Shown: positions 32,301 to 43,198, numbered from the stretch's first letter. The stretch is DNA of 64,000 nucleotides from Auanema rhodensis (GCA_964057225.1 OZ059900.1:14508001-14572000); one strand, 5' to 3'. Notes: generated by a model not told the origin, from the sequence alone. Translations and numbers: made by a program.

Positions 32301-33951
32301 CTGATACAATGTGATCTTCTTTCAATCTAGTTATTATCCCTCGCTTCAATACAAATTGTTCAATTTCTACACATTCTTCAGTGGACCAAGAGCGAGTTGG
32401 ATTATGCTCGTTTAATGGTGTTTCAAAAACTGAATGCTGTTGGGCATTCATGATTTTATCATTCCACATACGATTTCTATGTGCTCGAACACAATCTTTC
32501 TTATCTACTGTTTCAATATGAGAGAATGTGGTGTTACGATCTCTCAAAAACATGAAATCTCTCACACAGCTTTTATACTTTTTCACATAGCATTTCCATG
32601 CTTCCCATGACTCTATCTCAGCCTTTGGTAGATATATTTCTACCTCTACACTGTGAGCCTTTTCAATTTCTGCCTTATGGCAGCCTGTGACCACAGGAGG
32701 GGTTACTAATATACCCCCTTCAGATTGAGCGCAAATCTGATATTTTGCCGACCCAAAGGGAAGGCATGAGAGTGCCAATAAAGTCAGGCACAACGTGACC
32801 GGTGGCATGAATGGGGTCGCTACGCTGTATACCCTTGAGTTACCATTCCCATTGGCTGATGGTCTTTGTCTTCTTGGGGAACTAGGCCTAGGGTTCCAAG
32901 ACGAGCTATTGGCATTTCTGCCATTGGCAAATGGGCGGTTTCCCGGGTTAGGACGCCTATTCATATTCCCGTTCTGCGAGTTATTATTATTATAACGTAC
33001 GGCAGAAGGTCGCTCTCTCTCTCGCTCATAATCATCAGAGCCATTATTGTGCTGAGTCCAGTTATTATTTTTTTTATTATTTTTATTATTTTTATAATTT
33101 TTATTATTATTATTCCTACTTCTTTCTCTTTCTTCACTAAAGCTTAATTTATGTTGTAAAGCATTTATGAGCTCCTTCAAGGTGCTGGTGTCTTCATTTC
33201 TTTTCATGAAGCTATTCCGAACGCCTTCTTCAAACCTAGCTAATTTCTTAGCTTGTTCATAAGTGGCGGGGTTTTTAGTTAAAACCGCAATACCCAGTTC
33301 CTCTTTTAAACCATTAAAAAATGCCGTTTTCAACATTGGTTCCCGCTCGGGATCCATTGGTGACATTATGGTGCTTGCCATTCTCTCTAATTCCATACTA
33401 AAATCAAGAACAGATTTATCTCCTTGTTGTACTCGATGAATAAGCGCTATGGTGAAATTTTTATCTGTTTTAGGCGCTAAAAGCTCAGTGAGCTGATCCA
33501 TCAAAACAATCCATGGGCCATTAGTTCTTATGCCACTAGGAATACTATTATACAAGGAGAGAGCTGTTTCATTTGATTCCAAAAGAAGAGGCAAAATTAA
33601 TAGTCTCTCAGGTAAGCTTAGATTCATTACATTAAAAAATCTATTTAAAGATTCAACAAAAGAACGAAAGCTACGAGAGCCGTCATACCTGGGACAGAGA
33701 TGGCAATTCAAAATAGTTGCCATATTTCTAGAGGGTGGTGCAACATTAGAATTAGGAGATGGAGAGGTAGGAGTCATTTTTCTTTCAAAAGCTTTAGTTA
33801 TAGCAGCGGCCCACCGACTTGGTGATCTATTTCGTACTGTAATAGGTGCCCGAGGTGTTTCCTCAGTGATGGCCTTTCTGCTTTTACTTCTCGTTCTAAT
33901 TGTTAGAGAAGAAGAGTGAGAAGAAGAAGAGGAATCACCTTCTTCTCTCAA
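26347..33951 (-). CDS. Gypsy-B Gag-Env-PR-RT-RH-IN polyprotein (start codon uncertain; protease catalytic Asp replaced by Asn)
   Basis: QQGDKSV Gag motif, signal LCLTLLALSCLPFGSA, RRNKR, HPTIGVR...CYAETPV, TM, WNSGA, YLDD, TDHRPL, TDNG, GPY. Confidence 0.93.
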   Translation of the reverse strand: MREEGDSSSSSHSSSLTIRTRSKSRKAITEETPRAPITVRNRSPSRWAAAITKAFERKMTPTSPSPNSNVAPPSRNMATILNCHLCPRYDGSRSFRSFVESLNRFFNVMNLSLPERLLILPLLLESNETALSLYNSIPSGIRTNGPWIVLMDQLTELLAPKTDKNFTIALIHRVQQGDKSVLDFSMELERMASTIMSPMDPEREPMLKTAFFNGLKEELGIAVLTKNPATYEQAKKLARFEEGVRNSFMKRNEDTSTLKELINALQHKLSFSEERERSRNNNNKNYKNNKNNKKNNNWTQHNNGSDDYERERERPSAVRYNNNNSQNGNMNRRPNPGNRPFANGRNANSSSWNPRPSSPRRQRPSANGNGNSRVYSVATPFMPPVTLCLTLLALSCLPFGSAKYQICAQSEGGILVTPPVVTGCHKAEIEKAHSVEVEIYLPKAEIESWEAWKCYVKKYKSCVRDFMFLRDRNTTFSHIETVDKKDCVRAHRNRMWNDKIMNAQQHSVFETPLNEHNPTRSWSTEECVEIEQFVLKRGIITRLKEDHIVSDLFINTDNCKGNEGFCATGEGAVIWQPPIPSVVCHYQKLGPFSAMWGDHILLVHSIESAFVLQNHSTSAHVQSCFEFAVFESSSEAIIRFTAYPRVYNLLDLSNTLLNADRRRNKRNALPQKHRSFSDDYLFVNAKSQPYAFPFLRPTFIFGSASITKFYAKYMRYAATSSYESLLQFAIDNPLFIDTIVSLGLTKDHITNWAKSNNFKDPNLLILQCMGIEEIKLATRQVINSMKLDDLITQVARRIEVPRLKRSSMKSTTSIEDFFRGMAHAVVYQATILDGTQTVPSIEQLARALYPSILPRSGNMNQSEIIATAQGMLFMIQQQSGKEQISRDMQVSRQQKADATVRNNQEQDLAIISKLPDYHNLYTKNSTAYYGFPPQSIEYPQENPKFNKTEVLEFISWVKTQITTDKNMVQHTTVTPITSTKTTIRSLTTPTPNAYERGRELYVAEVYDNVLHKSEHKTKTIIDNKLNYGFEKARLSIIDEFHQQFHTICKSQMETVKSWQAILRIHPTIGVRAMLQRDDIVARFVGRNVLKITTCQEIEPHFIYRNHSYNDKCYAETPVLTHDKQLFFAPIDSYDLSTEGHEINCEHKETEIWYENGTWRDYKGDTHKVDSIHSEKHDHYAELSKLRFTGRNLFENSTEKSLALSIGLTYGYSLSTSPHHDLLRVISRSRDWPQISSFILKGSKLIRDARKIVFSNWDLFIDFCIGSIERTLITIGCITLILCLMIALYFTIKCYLSPTSMLKINHIMLSPTAPPLEGDEIHETVSDELMRSYFPTIITYIPLAIPFVCHTTTKKNGHLLPFVHIDIEGRGLLALWNSGATVSYIPFSTLAYIGRQYFTKYSKSASTANGSEFRFVGKCKLDVGIAGYQVEHEFLISEDNDCPGQMLLGTDFMRTLEEREIFTTLKLCKGKLIVGNMETPLVKPGCFAYKTTTKTVNIISLSTVTVPPHSTSHISLQTGPELDFDQYALLKSSIGPISIPDAAIGPFPITMVVSNNSSKPIKINKNDHIGSGLIASKEIMNDYVPPEADWEDKLPTFPQHLLDDLNFNSCTLSHKMKKNLITIIKENQTAFFNHDHNIGLFCGPVEHAIPIRSDMDFPKSRSYRVPLGKQEEVERQVKEMLSQGIIENSTATFTSPVVLVKKKDNSFRFVTDFRALNSVTKKQTYSIPHIPDIIDLAAGAQFFSNFDLISGFFQIPLKRSDRHLTAFTTPSGTYQYCRMPMGLCGAPHTFQSAVRYLQSLVRCKLFVYLDDLLIISNSADEHLRDIQEVLKKVTELGLKIKLSKCCFAATEVKFLGFVIGRNGVKPDPAKIQAVSEFPNPSTVTAVRSFLGMTNYFRRFIQNYAGIAEPLYKLTHKDTPFEWKSEHADAFKTLKTSLCTAPVLKPPKADQPFVIESDGSMIAVGAVLLQSAEKNSPLHPIAFASRKLTPAERKYPPIEVEALGLVFALQQFRTYVLGVPTTVITDHRPLTSLMSRKDLIGRLAKYQLMIQDFNIKIEYRPGKLNSVCDALSRYIGNEANDSRPTKPKDKVKPVDAFIAHITTISSIDQLNCEEIRKVQAGVPWIREALSQINNDNCPANISDRYEEREGILHAKQAKNYLKPSIILPRNDKITDVVIKFFHEDSKIGAHLGINKTTDAIRRRFFWTNMVPQITEFINRCTKCASRKSNPHQSYIQPMGRFVIPEKPFDRIHVDILGPLPRTNDGHRYILSIQDAFSKWGTTCPLITQTATEITKAFVIRFVFIYGPPMSMITDNGSSFLSSEFQAMCKQFGIKHTTTLPYHKNANGQVERLHRTLEEALSSFVNEQQTNWDIHLPKVMFAINTLPNSSTSISPYVVLFGRDARLPIDHQLPGNNLQTEEPANPTEDFVNRSLIQNESTSNIVKDRIETCTKKNEQRYNTRNRTQNKEIQVNDLVMIKVNSTRNKLTPSFEGPYLVTAVQRSFVVVQTDKGKSRRVHKDFVKPYQRTTSIPVITIS
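30080..32815 (-). other. Env domain of Gypsy-B, class III-like fusion glycoprotein
   Basis: Shares WEAWKC, SDLF.NT..C, VW.PP...C, P.IG.R.ML.R.DI.A.FV and CY.ETPV with Gypsy-A env; TM LITIGCITLILCLMIALYF. Boundaries approximate. Confidence 0.75.
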
Positions 33952-35228
33952 AAATTCAAAAGGAGAGAGGTAGGTGGATGGAGTATTTAAGTTTTTAGAA
34001 TTAAATTCAAAAACTTGGCGTACCTCTGGTGATCCTTGTTCCTGATCTTTGTTTTCCTCGCTGATGTCCGAGTCCGACAGGGTGGCTGGTGAATACAGTT
34101 AGATGAATATAAGAGCGCGTACTGAAAGCAACTAGACTCCAGTAAAAACGTTTGTGACAATGGCGTCTGATGAACGAGGATCTTTGAAGCTTCAAGCTCC
34201 GCCTCCAGCCATGTGTCACGACACCAGATGTTAGCGCTTATGGTAAACAACCATTGACCGTCTGTCGTGATATTTGAATATTATAATCACTAATGTCAGC
34301 TTAGAGACAAATAAGGAATCACAGATGGTGCCTTAAGCCTGTTTGAAAACTTTTGAATTTTAACAGCTGTTATTGACTACACATATCGAACAGCTGGTAC
34401 GCGTGGGCCAACTATTTGAATGTGAGTAAGCTTAAAGTAAACAAAAATGTCTCATCTCGTATATTAAGTTCAATTTTATAAAGTTTATTAAGATTTGTAG
34501 AAAGAATTTCAAAATAAATCATAATTAAGATAATTTTTAATTTAATTTCAAAAGATTTAGAAGGTAATTTAAGATTGATATAGGAATTTAAATTCAGTAA
34601 TCTGTCAATAATATAGGAAAAAGGAAACGTTGGCAGACGTAGAGTGGACTTGGGTGGGTAGGAATTTAAATATTCTTATTATCTCTGAACTAATAAGAAA
34701 AGAGTTAACAGGAGTAGAACCCTGATGAACCCTTGGATGTGAATCAAAATCAAAAATCGTAAATAAAATTATCCCAACAGCCTCCAGCTTCCAAACAACT
34801 CAGCTAAAAAGTGAGCTCTGTTGCCACACTGGACATTCACATCATAAAGTAATGAATCAAAATAGCACGCGCGTGCATAACAAAAAGGTAACGCTCGTCA
34901 AAACTATTGTCTGATAGTTTCCCCAAACGTCTCAGACACCTCCCAGTTTTCGTTGAGCGGAGGACTTTCTGCTTTTTCAAAAGTGATTTGAGCTTGTGAT
35001 ATTTTTTTAAATTTTCAAACATTTCTATTTAATTTAAGTGTTCTATATTAATTACGATGAAAAAAATTGAAACGTCAGCGTTAATCAATTGTTCATTGTA
35101 ACACCAAACTTTAATTAGCTCTTTGTGTAAAGTAGGCCATAAATCAAGATCTGTTAGAGACAGTGTTTCATTTTTCTACTTTAATTCAAACTCACACTCT
35201 TAATGAAAGTTTCTAAGTGCAAGTTCAA

Positions 35229-35300
35229 TCCTCGGTAGTATAGTGGTGAGTATCCGCGTCTGTCACATGCGAGACCCGGGTTCAATTCCCGGCCGGGGAG
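35229..35300 (+). tRNA. tRNA-Asp(GTC)
   Basis: Consensus copy. Confidence 0.95.
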
Positions 35301-35668
35301 AATGTTTTTGTTCTGATTCATCGTTATTGAATGTTATGCTATTTTTGTTTTCTTCAAAAAGTCGGATAAAGACGATAATTATTAGAAAAAAGATTGTTTT
35401 AAACTTTCTGCTTTTTCAAAAGTGGTTTGAGCTTGTGATTTTTTTTTTAATTTTCAAACATTTCTATTTAATTTAAGTGTTCTATCTTAATTACGATTAA
35501 AAAAAATTGAAACGTCAGCGTTAATCAATTGTTCATTGTAACACCAAACTTCAATTAGCTCTTTGTGTAAAGTAGGCCATAAAACAAGATATGTTAGAGA
35601 CAGTGTTTCATTTTTCTACTTTAATTCAAACTCACACTCTTAATGAAAGTTTCTAAGTGCAAATTCAA

Positions 35669-35740
35669 TCCTCGGTAGTATAGTGGTGAGTATCCGCGTC
35701 TGTCACATGCGAGACCCGGGTTCAATTTCCGGCCGGGGAG
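35669..35740 (+). tRNA. tRNA-Asp(GTC) variant
   Basis: C61T in B box. Confidence 0.85.
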
Positions 35741-36107
35741 AATGTTTTTTTTCTGATTCATCGTTATTGAATGTTATGCTATTTTTGTTTTCTTCAAAAA
35801 GTCGGATAAAAACGATAATTATTAGAAAAAAGATTGTTTTAAACTTTCTGCTTTTTCAAAAGTGATTTGAGCTTGTGATTTTTTTTTAAATTTTCAAACA
35901 TTTCTATTTAATTTAAGTGTTCTATATTAATTACGATGAAAAAAATTGAAACGTCAGCGTTAATCAATTGTTCATTGTAACACCAAACTTCAATTAGCTC
36001 TTTGTGTAAAGTAGGCCATAAAACAAGATATGTTAGAGACAGTGTTTCATTTTTCTACTTTAATTCAAACTCACACTCTTAATGAAAGTTTCTAAGTGCA
36101 AATTCAA

Positions 36108-36179
36108 TCCTCGGTAGTATAGTGGTGAGTATCCGCGTCTGTCACATGCGAGACCCGGGTTCAATTTCCGGCCGGGGAG
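36108..36179 (+). tRNA. tRNA-Asp(GTC) variant
   Basis: C61T. Confidence 0.85.
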
Positions 36180-36546
36180 AATGTTTTTTTTCTGATTCAT
36201 CGTTATTGAATGTTATGCTATTTTTGTTTTCTTCAAAAAGTCGGATAAAAACGATAATTATTAGAAAAAAGATTGTTTTAAACTTTCTGCTTTTTCAAAA
36301 GTGATTTGAGCTTGTGATTTTTTTTTAAATTTTCAAACATTTCTATTTAATTTAAGTGTTCTATATTAATTACGATGAAAAAAATTGAAACGTCAGCGTT
36401 AATCAATTGTTCATTGTAACACCAAACTTCAATTAGCTCTTTGTGTAAAGTAGGCCATAAAACAAGATATGTTAGAGACAGTGTTTCATTTTTCTACTTT
36501 AATTCAAACTCACACTCTTAATGAAAGTTTCTAAGTGCAAATTCAA

Positions 36547-36618
36547 TCCTCGGTAGTATAGTGGTGAGTATCCGCGTCTGTCACATGCGAGACCCGGGTT
36601 CAATTTCCGGCCGGGGAG
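36547..36618 (+). tRNA. tRNA-Asp(GTC) variant
   Basis: C61T. Confidence 0.85.
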
Positions 36619-36984
36619 AATGTTTTTTTTCTGATTCATCGTTATTGAATGTTATGCTATTTTTGTTTTCTTCAAAAAGTCGGATAAAAACGATAATTAT
36701 TAGAAAAAAGATTGTTTTAAACTTTCTGCTTTTTCAAAAGTGATTTGAGCTTGTGATTTTTTTAAAATTCTTAAACATTTCCATTTAATTTAAATGTTCT
36801 ATCTCAATTACGATGAAAAAAATTGAAACGTCAGCGTTAATCAATTGTTCATTCTAACACCAAACTTCAATTAGCTCTTTGAGTAAAGTAGGCCATAAAT
36901 CAAGATATGTTAGAGACAGTGTTTCATTTTTCTACTTTAATTCAAACTCACACTCTTAATGAAAGTTTCTAAGTGCAAATTCAA

Positions 36985-37056
36985 TCCTCGGTAGTATAGT
37001 AGTGAGTATCCGCGTCTGTCACATGCGAGACCCGGGTTCAATTCCCGGCCGGAGAG
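36985..37056 (+). tRNA. tRNA-Asp(GTC) variant
   Basis: G18A, G70A. Confidence 0.8.
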
Positions 37057-37423
37057 AATGTTTTTGTTCTGATTCATCGTTATTGAATGTTATGCTATTT
37101 TTGTTTTCTTCAAAAAGTCGGATAAAGACGATAATTATTAGAAAAAAGATTGTTTTAAACTTTCTGCTTTTTCAAAAGTGGTTTGAGCTTGTGATTTTTT
37201 TTTAAATTTTCAAACATTTCTATTTAATTTAAGTGTTCTATCTTAATAACGATGAAAAAAATTGAAACGTCAGCGTTAATCAATTGTTCATTGTAACACC
37301 AAACTTCAATTAGCTCTTTGTGTAAAGTAGGCCATAAAACAAGATATGTTAGAGACAGTGTTTCATTTTTCTACTTTAATTCAAACTCACACTCTTAATG
37401 AAAGTTTCTAAGGGCAAATTCAA

Positions 37424-37495
37424 TCTTCGGTAGTATAGTGGTGAGTATCCGCGTCTGTCACATGCGAGACCCGGGTTCAATTCCCGGCCGGGGAG
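37424..37495 (+). tRNA. tRNA-Asp(GTC) variant
   Basis: C3T. Confidence 0.9.
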
Positions 37496-37862
37496 AATGT
37501 TTTTGTTCTGATTCATCGTTATTGAATGTTATGCTATTTTTGTTTTCTTCAAAAAGTCGGATAAAAACGATAATTATTAGAAAAAAGATTGTTTTAAACT
37601 TTCTGCTTTTTCAAAAGTGATTTGAGCTTGTGATTTTTTTTAAAATTTTCAAACATTTCTATTTAATTTAAGTGTTCTATATTAATTACGATGAAAAAAA
37701 TTGAAACGTCAGCGTTAATCAATTGTTCATTGTAACACCAAACTTCAATTAGCTCTTTGTGTAAAGTAGGCCATAAAACAAGATATGTTAGAGACAGTGT
37801 TTCATTTTTCTACTTTAATTCAAACTCACACTCTTAATGAAAATTTCTAAGGGCAAATTCAG

Positions 37863-37934
37863 TCCTCGGTAGTATAGTGGTGAGTATCCGCGTCTGTCAC
37901 ATGCGAGACCCGGGTTCTATTCCCGGCCGGGGAG
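37863..37934 (+). tRNA. tRNA-Asp(GTC) variant
   Basis: T-loop A57T. Confidence 0.85.
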
Positions 37935-38301
37935 AATGTTTTTGTTCTGATTCATCGTTATTGAATGTTATGCTATTTTTGTTTTCTTCAAAAAGTCGGA
38001 TAAAAACGATAATTATTAGAAAAAAGATTGTTTTAAACTTTCTGCTTTTTCAAAAGTGATTTGAGCTTGTGATTTTTTTTTAAATTTTCAAATATTTCTA
38101 TTTAATTTAAGTGTTCTATATTAATTACGATGAAAAAAATTGAAACGTCAGCGTTAATCAATTGTTCATTGTAACACCAAACTTCAATTAGCTCTTTGTG
38201 TAAAGTAGGCCATAAATCAAGATATGTTAGAGACAGTCTTTCATTTTCCTACTTTAATTCAAACTCACACTCTTAATGAAAGTTTCTAAGTGCAAATTCA
38301 A

Positions 38302-38373
38302 TCCTCGGTAGTAAAGTGGTGAGTATCCGCGTCTGTCACATGCGAGACCCGGGTTCAATTACCGGCCGGGGAG
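38302..38373 (+). tRNA. tRNA-Asp(GTC) variant
   Basis: T13A, C61A. Confidence 0.8.
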
Positions 38374-38740
38374 AATGTTTTTGTTCTGATTCATCGTTAT
38401 TGAATGTTATGCTATTTTTGTTTTCTTCAAAAAGTCGGATAAAAACGATAATTATTAGAAAAAAGATTGTTTTAAACTCTCTGCTTTTTCAAAAGTGATT
38501 TGAGCTTGTGATTTTTTTTCAAATTTTCAAACATTTCTATTTAATTTAAGTGTTCTATATTAATCACGATGAAAAAAATTGAAACGTCAGCGTTAATCAA
38601 TTGTTCATTGTAACACCAAACTTCAATTAGCTCTTTGTGTAAAGTAGGCCATAAAACAAGATATGTTAGAGACAGTGTTTCATTTTTCTACTTTAATTCA
38701 AACTCACACTCTTAATGAAAGTTTCTAAGTGCAAGTTCAA

Positions 38741-38812
38741 TCCTCGGTAGTATAGTGGTGAGTATCCGCGTCTGTCACATGCGAGACCCGGGTTCAATTC
38801 CCGGCCGGGGAG
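38741..38812 (+). tRNA. tRNA-Asp(GTC)
   Basis: Consensus copy. Confidence 0.95.
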
Positions 38813-39178
38813 AATGTTTTTTTTCTGATTCATCGTTAATGAATGTTATGCTATTTTTGTTTTCTTCAAAAAGTCGGATAAAAACGATAATTATTAGAAA
38901 AAAGATTGTTTTAAACTTTCTGCTTTTTCAAAAGTGATTTGAGCTTGTGATTTTTTTTAAATTCTTAAACATTTCCATTTAATTTAAATGTTCTATCTCA
39001 ATTACGATGAAAAAAATTGAAACGTCAGCGTTAATCAATTGTTCATTCTAACACCAAACTTCAATTAGCTCTTTGAGTAAAGTAGGCCATAAATCAAGAT
39101 ATGTTAGAGACAGGGTTTCATTTTTCTACTTTAATTCAAACTCACACTCTTAATGAAAGTTTCTAAGGGCAAATTCAA

Positions 39179-39250
39179 TCTTCGGTAGTATAGTGGTGAG
39201 TATCCGCGTCTGTCACATGCGAGACCCGGGTTCAATTCCCGGCCGGGGAG
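39179..39250 (+). tRNA. tRNA-Asp(GTC) variant
   Basis: C3T. Confidence 0.9.
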
Positions 39251-39616
39251 AATGTTTTTTTTCTGATTCATCGTTAATGAATGTTATGCTATTTTTGTTT
39301 TCTTCAAAAAGTCGGATAAAAACGATAATTATTAGAAAAAAGATTGTTTTAAACTTTCTGCTTTTTCAAAAGTGATTTGAGCTTGTGATTTTTTTTAAAT
39401 TCTTAAACATTTCCATTTAATTTAAATGTTCTATCTCAATTACGATGAAAAAAATTGAAACGTCAGCGTTAATCAATTGTTCATTCTAACACCAAACTTC
39501 AATTAGCTCTTTGTGTAAAGTAGGCCATAAATCAAGATATGTTAGAGACAGTCTTTCATTTTCCTACTTTAATTCAAACTCACACTCTTAATGAAAGTTT
39601 CTAAGTGCAAATTCAA

Positions 39617-39688
39617 TCCTCGGTAGTAAAGTGGTGAGTATCCGCGTCTGTCACATGCGAGACCCGGGTTCAATTCCCGGCCGGGGAG
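39617..39688 (+). tRNA. tRNA-Asp(GTC) variant
   Basis: T13A. Confidence 0.9.
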
Positions 39689-40055
39689 AATGTTTTTGTT
39701 CTGATTCATCGTTATTGAATGTTATGCTATTTTTGTTTTCTTCAAAAAGTCGGATAAAAACGATAATTATTAGAAAAAAGATTGTTTTAAACTCTCTGCT
39801 TTTTCAAAAGTGATTTGAGCTTGTGATTTTTTTTCAAATTTTCAAACATTTCTATTTAATTTAAGTGTTCTATATTAATCACGATGAAAAAAATTGAAAC
39901 GTCAGCGTTAATCAATTGTTCATTGTAACACCAAACTTCAATTAGCTCTTTGTGTAAAGTAGGCCATAAAACAAGATATGTTAGAGACAGTGTTTCATTT
40001 TTCTACTTTAATTCAAACTCACACTCTTAATGAAAGTTTCTAAGTGCAAGTTCAA

Positions 40056-40127
40056 TCCTCGGTAGTATAGTGGTGAGTATCCGCGTCTGTCACATGCGAG
40101 ACCCGGGTTCAATTCCCGGCCGGGGAG
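40056..40127 (+). tRNA. tRNA-Asp(GTC)
   Basis: Consensus copy. Confidence 0.95.
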
Positions 40128-40493
40128 AATGTTTTTTTTCTGATTCATCGTTAATGAATGTTATGCTATTTTTGTTTTCTTCAAAAAGTCGGATAAAAAC
40201 GATAATTATTAGAAAAAAGATTGTTTTAAACTTTCTGCTTTTTCAAAAGTGATTTGAGCTTGTGATTTTTTTTAAATTCTTAAACATTTCCATTTAATTT
40301 AAATGTTCTATCTCAATTACGATGAAAAAAATTGAAACGTCAGCGTTAATCAATTGTTCATTCTAACACCAAACTTCAATTAGCTCTTTGAGTAAAGTAG
40401 GCCATAAATCAAGATATGTTAGAGACAGGGTTTCATTTTTCTACTTTAATTCAAACTCACACTCTTAATGAAAGTTTCTAAGTGCAAATTCAA

Positions 40494-40565
40494 TCCTCGG
40501 TAGTAAAGTGGTGAGTATCCGCGTCTGTCACATGCGAGACCCGGGTTCAATTCCCGGCCGGGGAG
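40494..40565 (+). tRNA. tRNA-Asp(GTC) variant
   Basis: T13A. Confidence 0.9.
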
Positions 40566-40931
40566 AATGTTTTTGTTCTGATTCATCGTTATTGAATGTT
40601 ATGCTATTTTTGTTTTCTTCAAAAAGTCGGATAAAAACGATAATTATTAGAAAAAAGATTGTTTTAAACTTTCTGCTTTTTCAAAAGTGATTTGAGCTTG
40701 TGATTTTTTTTAAATTCTTAAACATTTCCATTTAATTTAAATGTTCTATCTCAATTACGATGAAAAAAATTGAAACGTCAGCGTTAATCAATTGTTCATT
40801 CTAACACCAAACTTCAATTAGCTCTTTGAGTAAAGTAGGCCATAAATCAAGATATGTTAGAGACAGGGTTTCATTTTTCTACTTTAATTCAAACTCACAC
40901 TCTTAATGAAAGTTTCTAAGTGCAAATTCAA

Positions 40932-41003
40932 TCCTCGGTAGTAAAGTGGTGAGTATCCGCGTCTGTCACATGCGAGACCCGGGTTCAATTCCCGGCCGGG
41001 GAG
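40932..41003 (+). tRNA. tRNA-Asp(GTC) variant
   Basis: T13A. Confidence 0.9.
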
Positions 41004-41370
41004 AATGTTTTTGTTCTGATTCATCGTTATTGAATGTTATGCTATTTTTGTTTTCTTCAAAAAGTCGGATAAAAACGATAATTATTAGAAAAAAGATTGT
41101 TTTAAACTTTCTGCTTTTTCAAAAGTGATTTGAGCTTGTGATTTTTTTTAAAATTTTCAAACATTTCTATTTAATTTAAGTGTTCTATATTAATTACGAT
41201 GAAAAAAATTGAAACGTCAGCGTTAATCAATTGTTCATTGTAACACCAAACTTCAATTAGCTCTTTGTGTAAAGTAGGCCATAAAACAAGATATGTTAGA
41301 GACAGTGTTTCATTTTTCTACTTTAATTCAAACTCACACTCTTAATGAAAATTTCTAAGGGCAAATTCAG

Positions 41371-41442
41371 TCCTCGGTAGTATAGTGGTGAGTATCCGCG
41401 TCTGTCACATGCGAGACCCGGGTTCTATTCCCGGCCGGGGAG
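41371..41442 (+). tRNA. tRNA-Asp(GTC) variant
   Basis: A57T. Confidence 0.85.
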
Positions 41443-41809
41443 AATGTTTTTGTTCTGATTCATCGTTATTGAATGTTATGCTATTTTTGTTTTCTTCAAA
41501 AAGTCGGATAAAAACGATAATTATTAGAAAAAAGATTGTTTTAAACTTTCTGCTTTTTCAAAAGTGATTTGAGCTTGTGATTTTTTTTTAAATTTTCAAA
41601 TATTTCTATTTAATTTAAGTGTTCTATATTAATTACGATGAAAAAAATTGAAACGTCAGCGTTAATCAATTGTTCATTGTAACACCAAACTTCAATTAGC
41701 TCTTTGTGTAAAGTAGGCCATAAATCAAGATATGTTAGAGACAGTCTTTCATTTTCCTACTTTAATTCAAACTCACACTCTTAATGAAAGTTTCTAAGTG
41801 CAAATTCAA

Positions 41810-41881
41810 TCCTCGGTAGTAAAGTGGTGAGTATCCGCGTCTGTCACATGCGAGACCCGGGTTCAATTCCCGGCCGGGGAG
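41810..41881 (+). tRNA. tRNA-Asp(GTC) variant
   Basis: T13A. Confidence 0.9.
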
Positions 41882-42248
41882 AATGTTTTTGTTCTGATTC
41901 ATCGTTATTGAATGTTATGCTATTTTTGTTTTCTTCAAAAAGTCGGATAAAAACGATAATTATTAGAAAAAAGATTGTTTTAAACTCTCTGCTTTTTCAA
42001 AAGTGATTTGAGCTTGTGATTTTTTTTCAAATTTTCAAACATTTCTATTTAATTTAAGTGTTCTATATTAATCACGATGAAAAAAATTGAAACGTCAGCG
42101 TTAATCAATTGTTCATTGTAACACCAAACTTCAATTAGCTCTTTGTGTAAAGTAGGCCATAAAACAAGATATGTTAGAGACAGTGTTTCATTTTTCTACT
42201 TTAATTCAAACTCACACTCTTAATGAAAGTTTCTAAGTGCAAGTTCAA

Positions 42249-42320
42249 TCCTCGGTAGTATAGTGGTGAGTATCCGCGTCTGTCACATGCGAGACCCGGG
42301 TTCAATTCCCGGCCGGGGAG
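42249..42320 (+). tRNA. tRNA-Asp(GTC)
   Basis: Consensus copy. Confidence 0.95.
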
Positions 42321-42687
42321 AATGTTTTTTTTCTGATTCATCGTTATTGAATGTTATGCTATTTTTGTTTTCTTCAAAAAGTCGGATAAAAACGATAATT
42401 ATTAGAAAAAAGATTGTTTTAAACTTTCTGCTTTTTCAAAAGTGATTTGAGCTTGTGATTTTTTTTAAAATTTTCAAACATTTCTATTTAATTTAAGTGT
42501 TCTATATTAATTACGATGAAAAAAATTGAAACGTCAGCGTTAATCAATTGTTCATTGTAACACCAAACTTCAATTAGCTCTTTGTGTAAAGTAGGCCATA
42601 AAACAAGATATGTTAGAGACAGTGTTTCATTTTTCTACTTTAATTCAAACTCACACTCTTAATGAAAATTTCTAAGGGCAAATTCAG

Positions 42688-42759
42688 TCCTCGGTAGTAT
42701 AGTGGTGAGTATCCGCGTCTGTCACATGCGAGACCCGGGTTCTATTCCCGGCCGGGGAG
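42688..42759 (+). tRNA. tRNA-Asp(GTC) variant
   Basis: A57T. Confidence 0.85.
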
Positions 42760-43126
42760 AATGTTTTTGTTCTGATTCATCGTTATTGAATGTTATGCTA
42801 TTTTTGTTTTCTTCAAAAAGTCGGATAAAAACGATAATTATTAGAAAAAAGATTGTTTTAAACTTTCTGCTTTTTCAAAAGTGATTTGAGCTTGTGATTT
42901 TTTTTTAAATTTTCAAATATTTCTATTTAATTTAAGTGTTCTATATTAATTACGATGAAAAAAATTGAAACGTCAGCGTTAATCAATTGTTCATTGTAAC
43001 ACCAAACTTCAATTAGCTCTTTGTGTAAAGTAGGCCATAAATCAAGATATGTTAGAGACAGTCTTTCATTTTCCTACTTTAATTCAAACTCACACTCTTA
43101 ATGAAAGTTTCTAAGTGCAAATTCAA

Positions 43127-43198
43127 TCCTCGGTAGTAAAGTGGTGAGTATCCGCGTCTGTCACATGCGAGACCCGGGTTCAATTCCCGGCCGGGGAG
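43127..43198 (+). tRNA. tRNA-Asp(GTC) variant
   Basis: T13A. Confidence 0.9.

Larger units (their letters stand above)
25373..34963 (-). mobile_element. Ty3/gypsy LTR element Gypsy-B with env between gag and pol; 5' LTR missing
   Basis: Non-array sequence with a 2534-aa ORF colinear with Gypsy-A; one LTR preceded by a PPT; right end joins the array directly. Confidence 0.93.
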
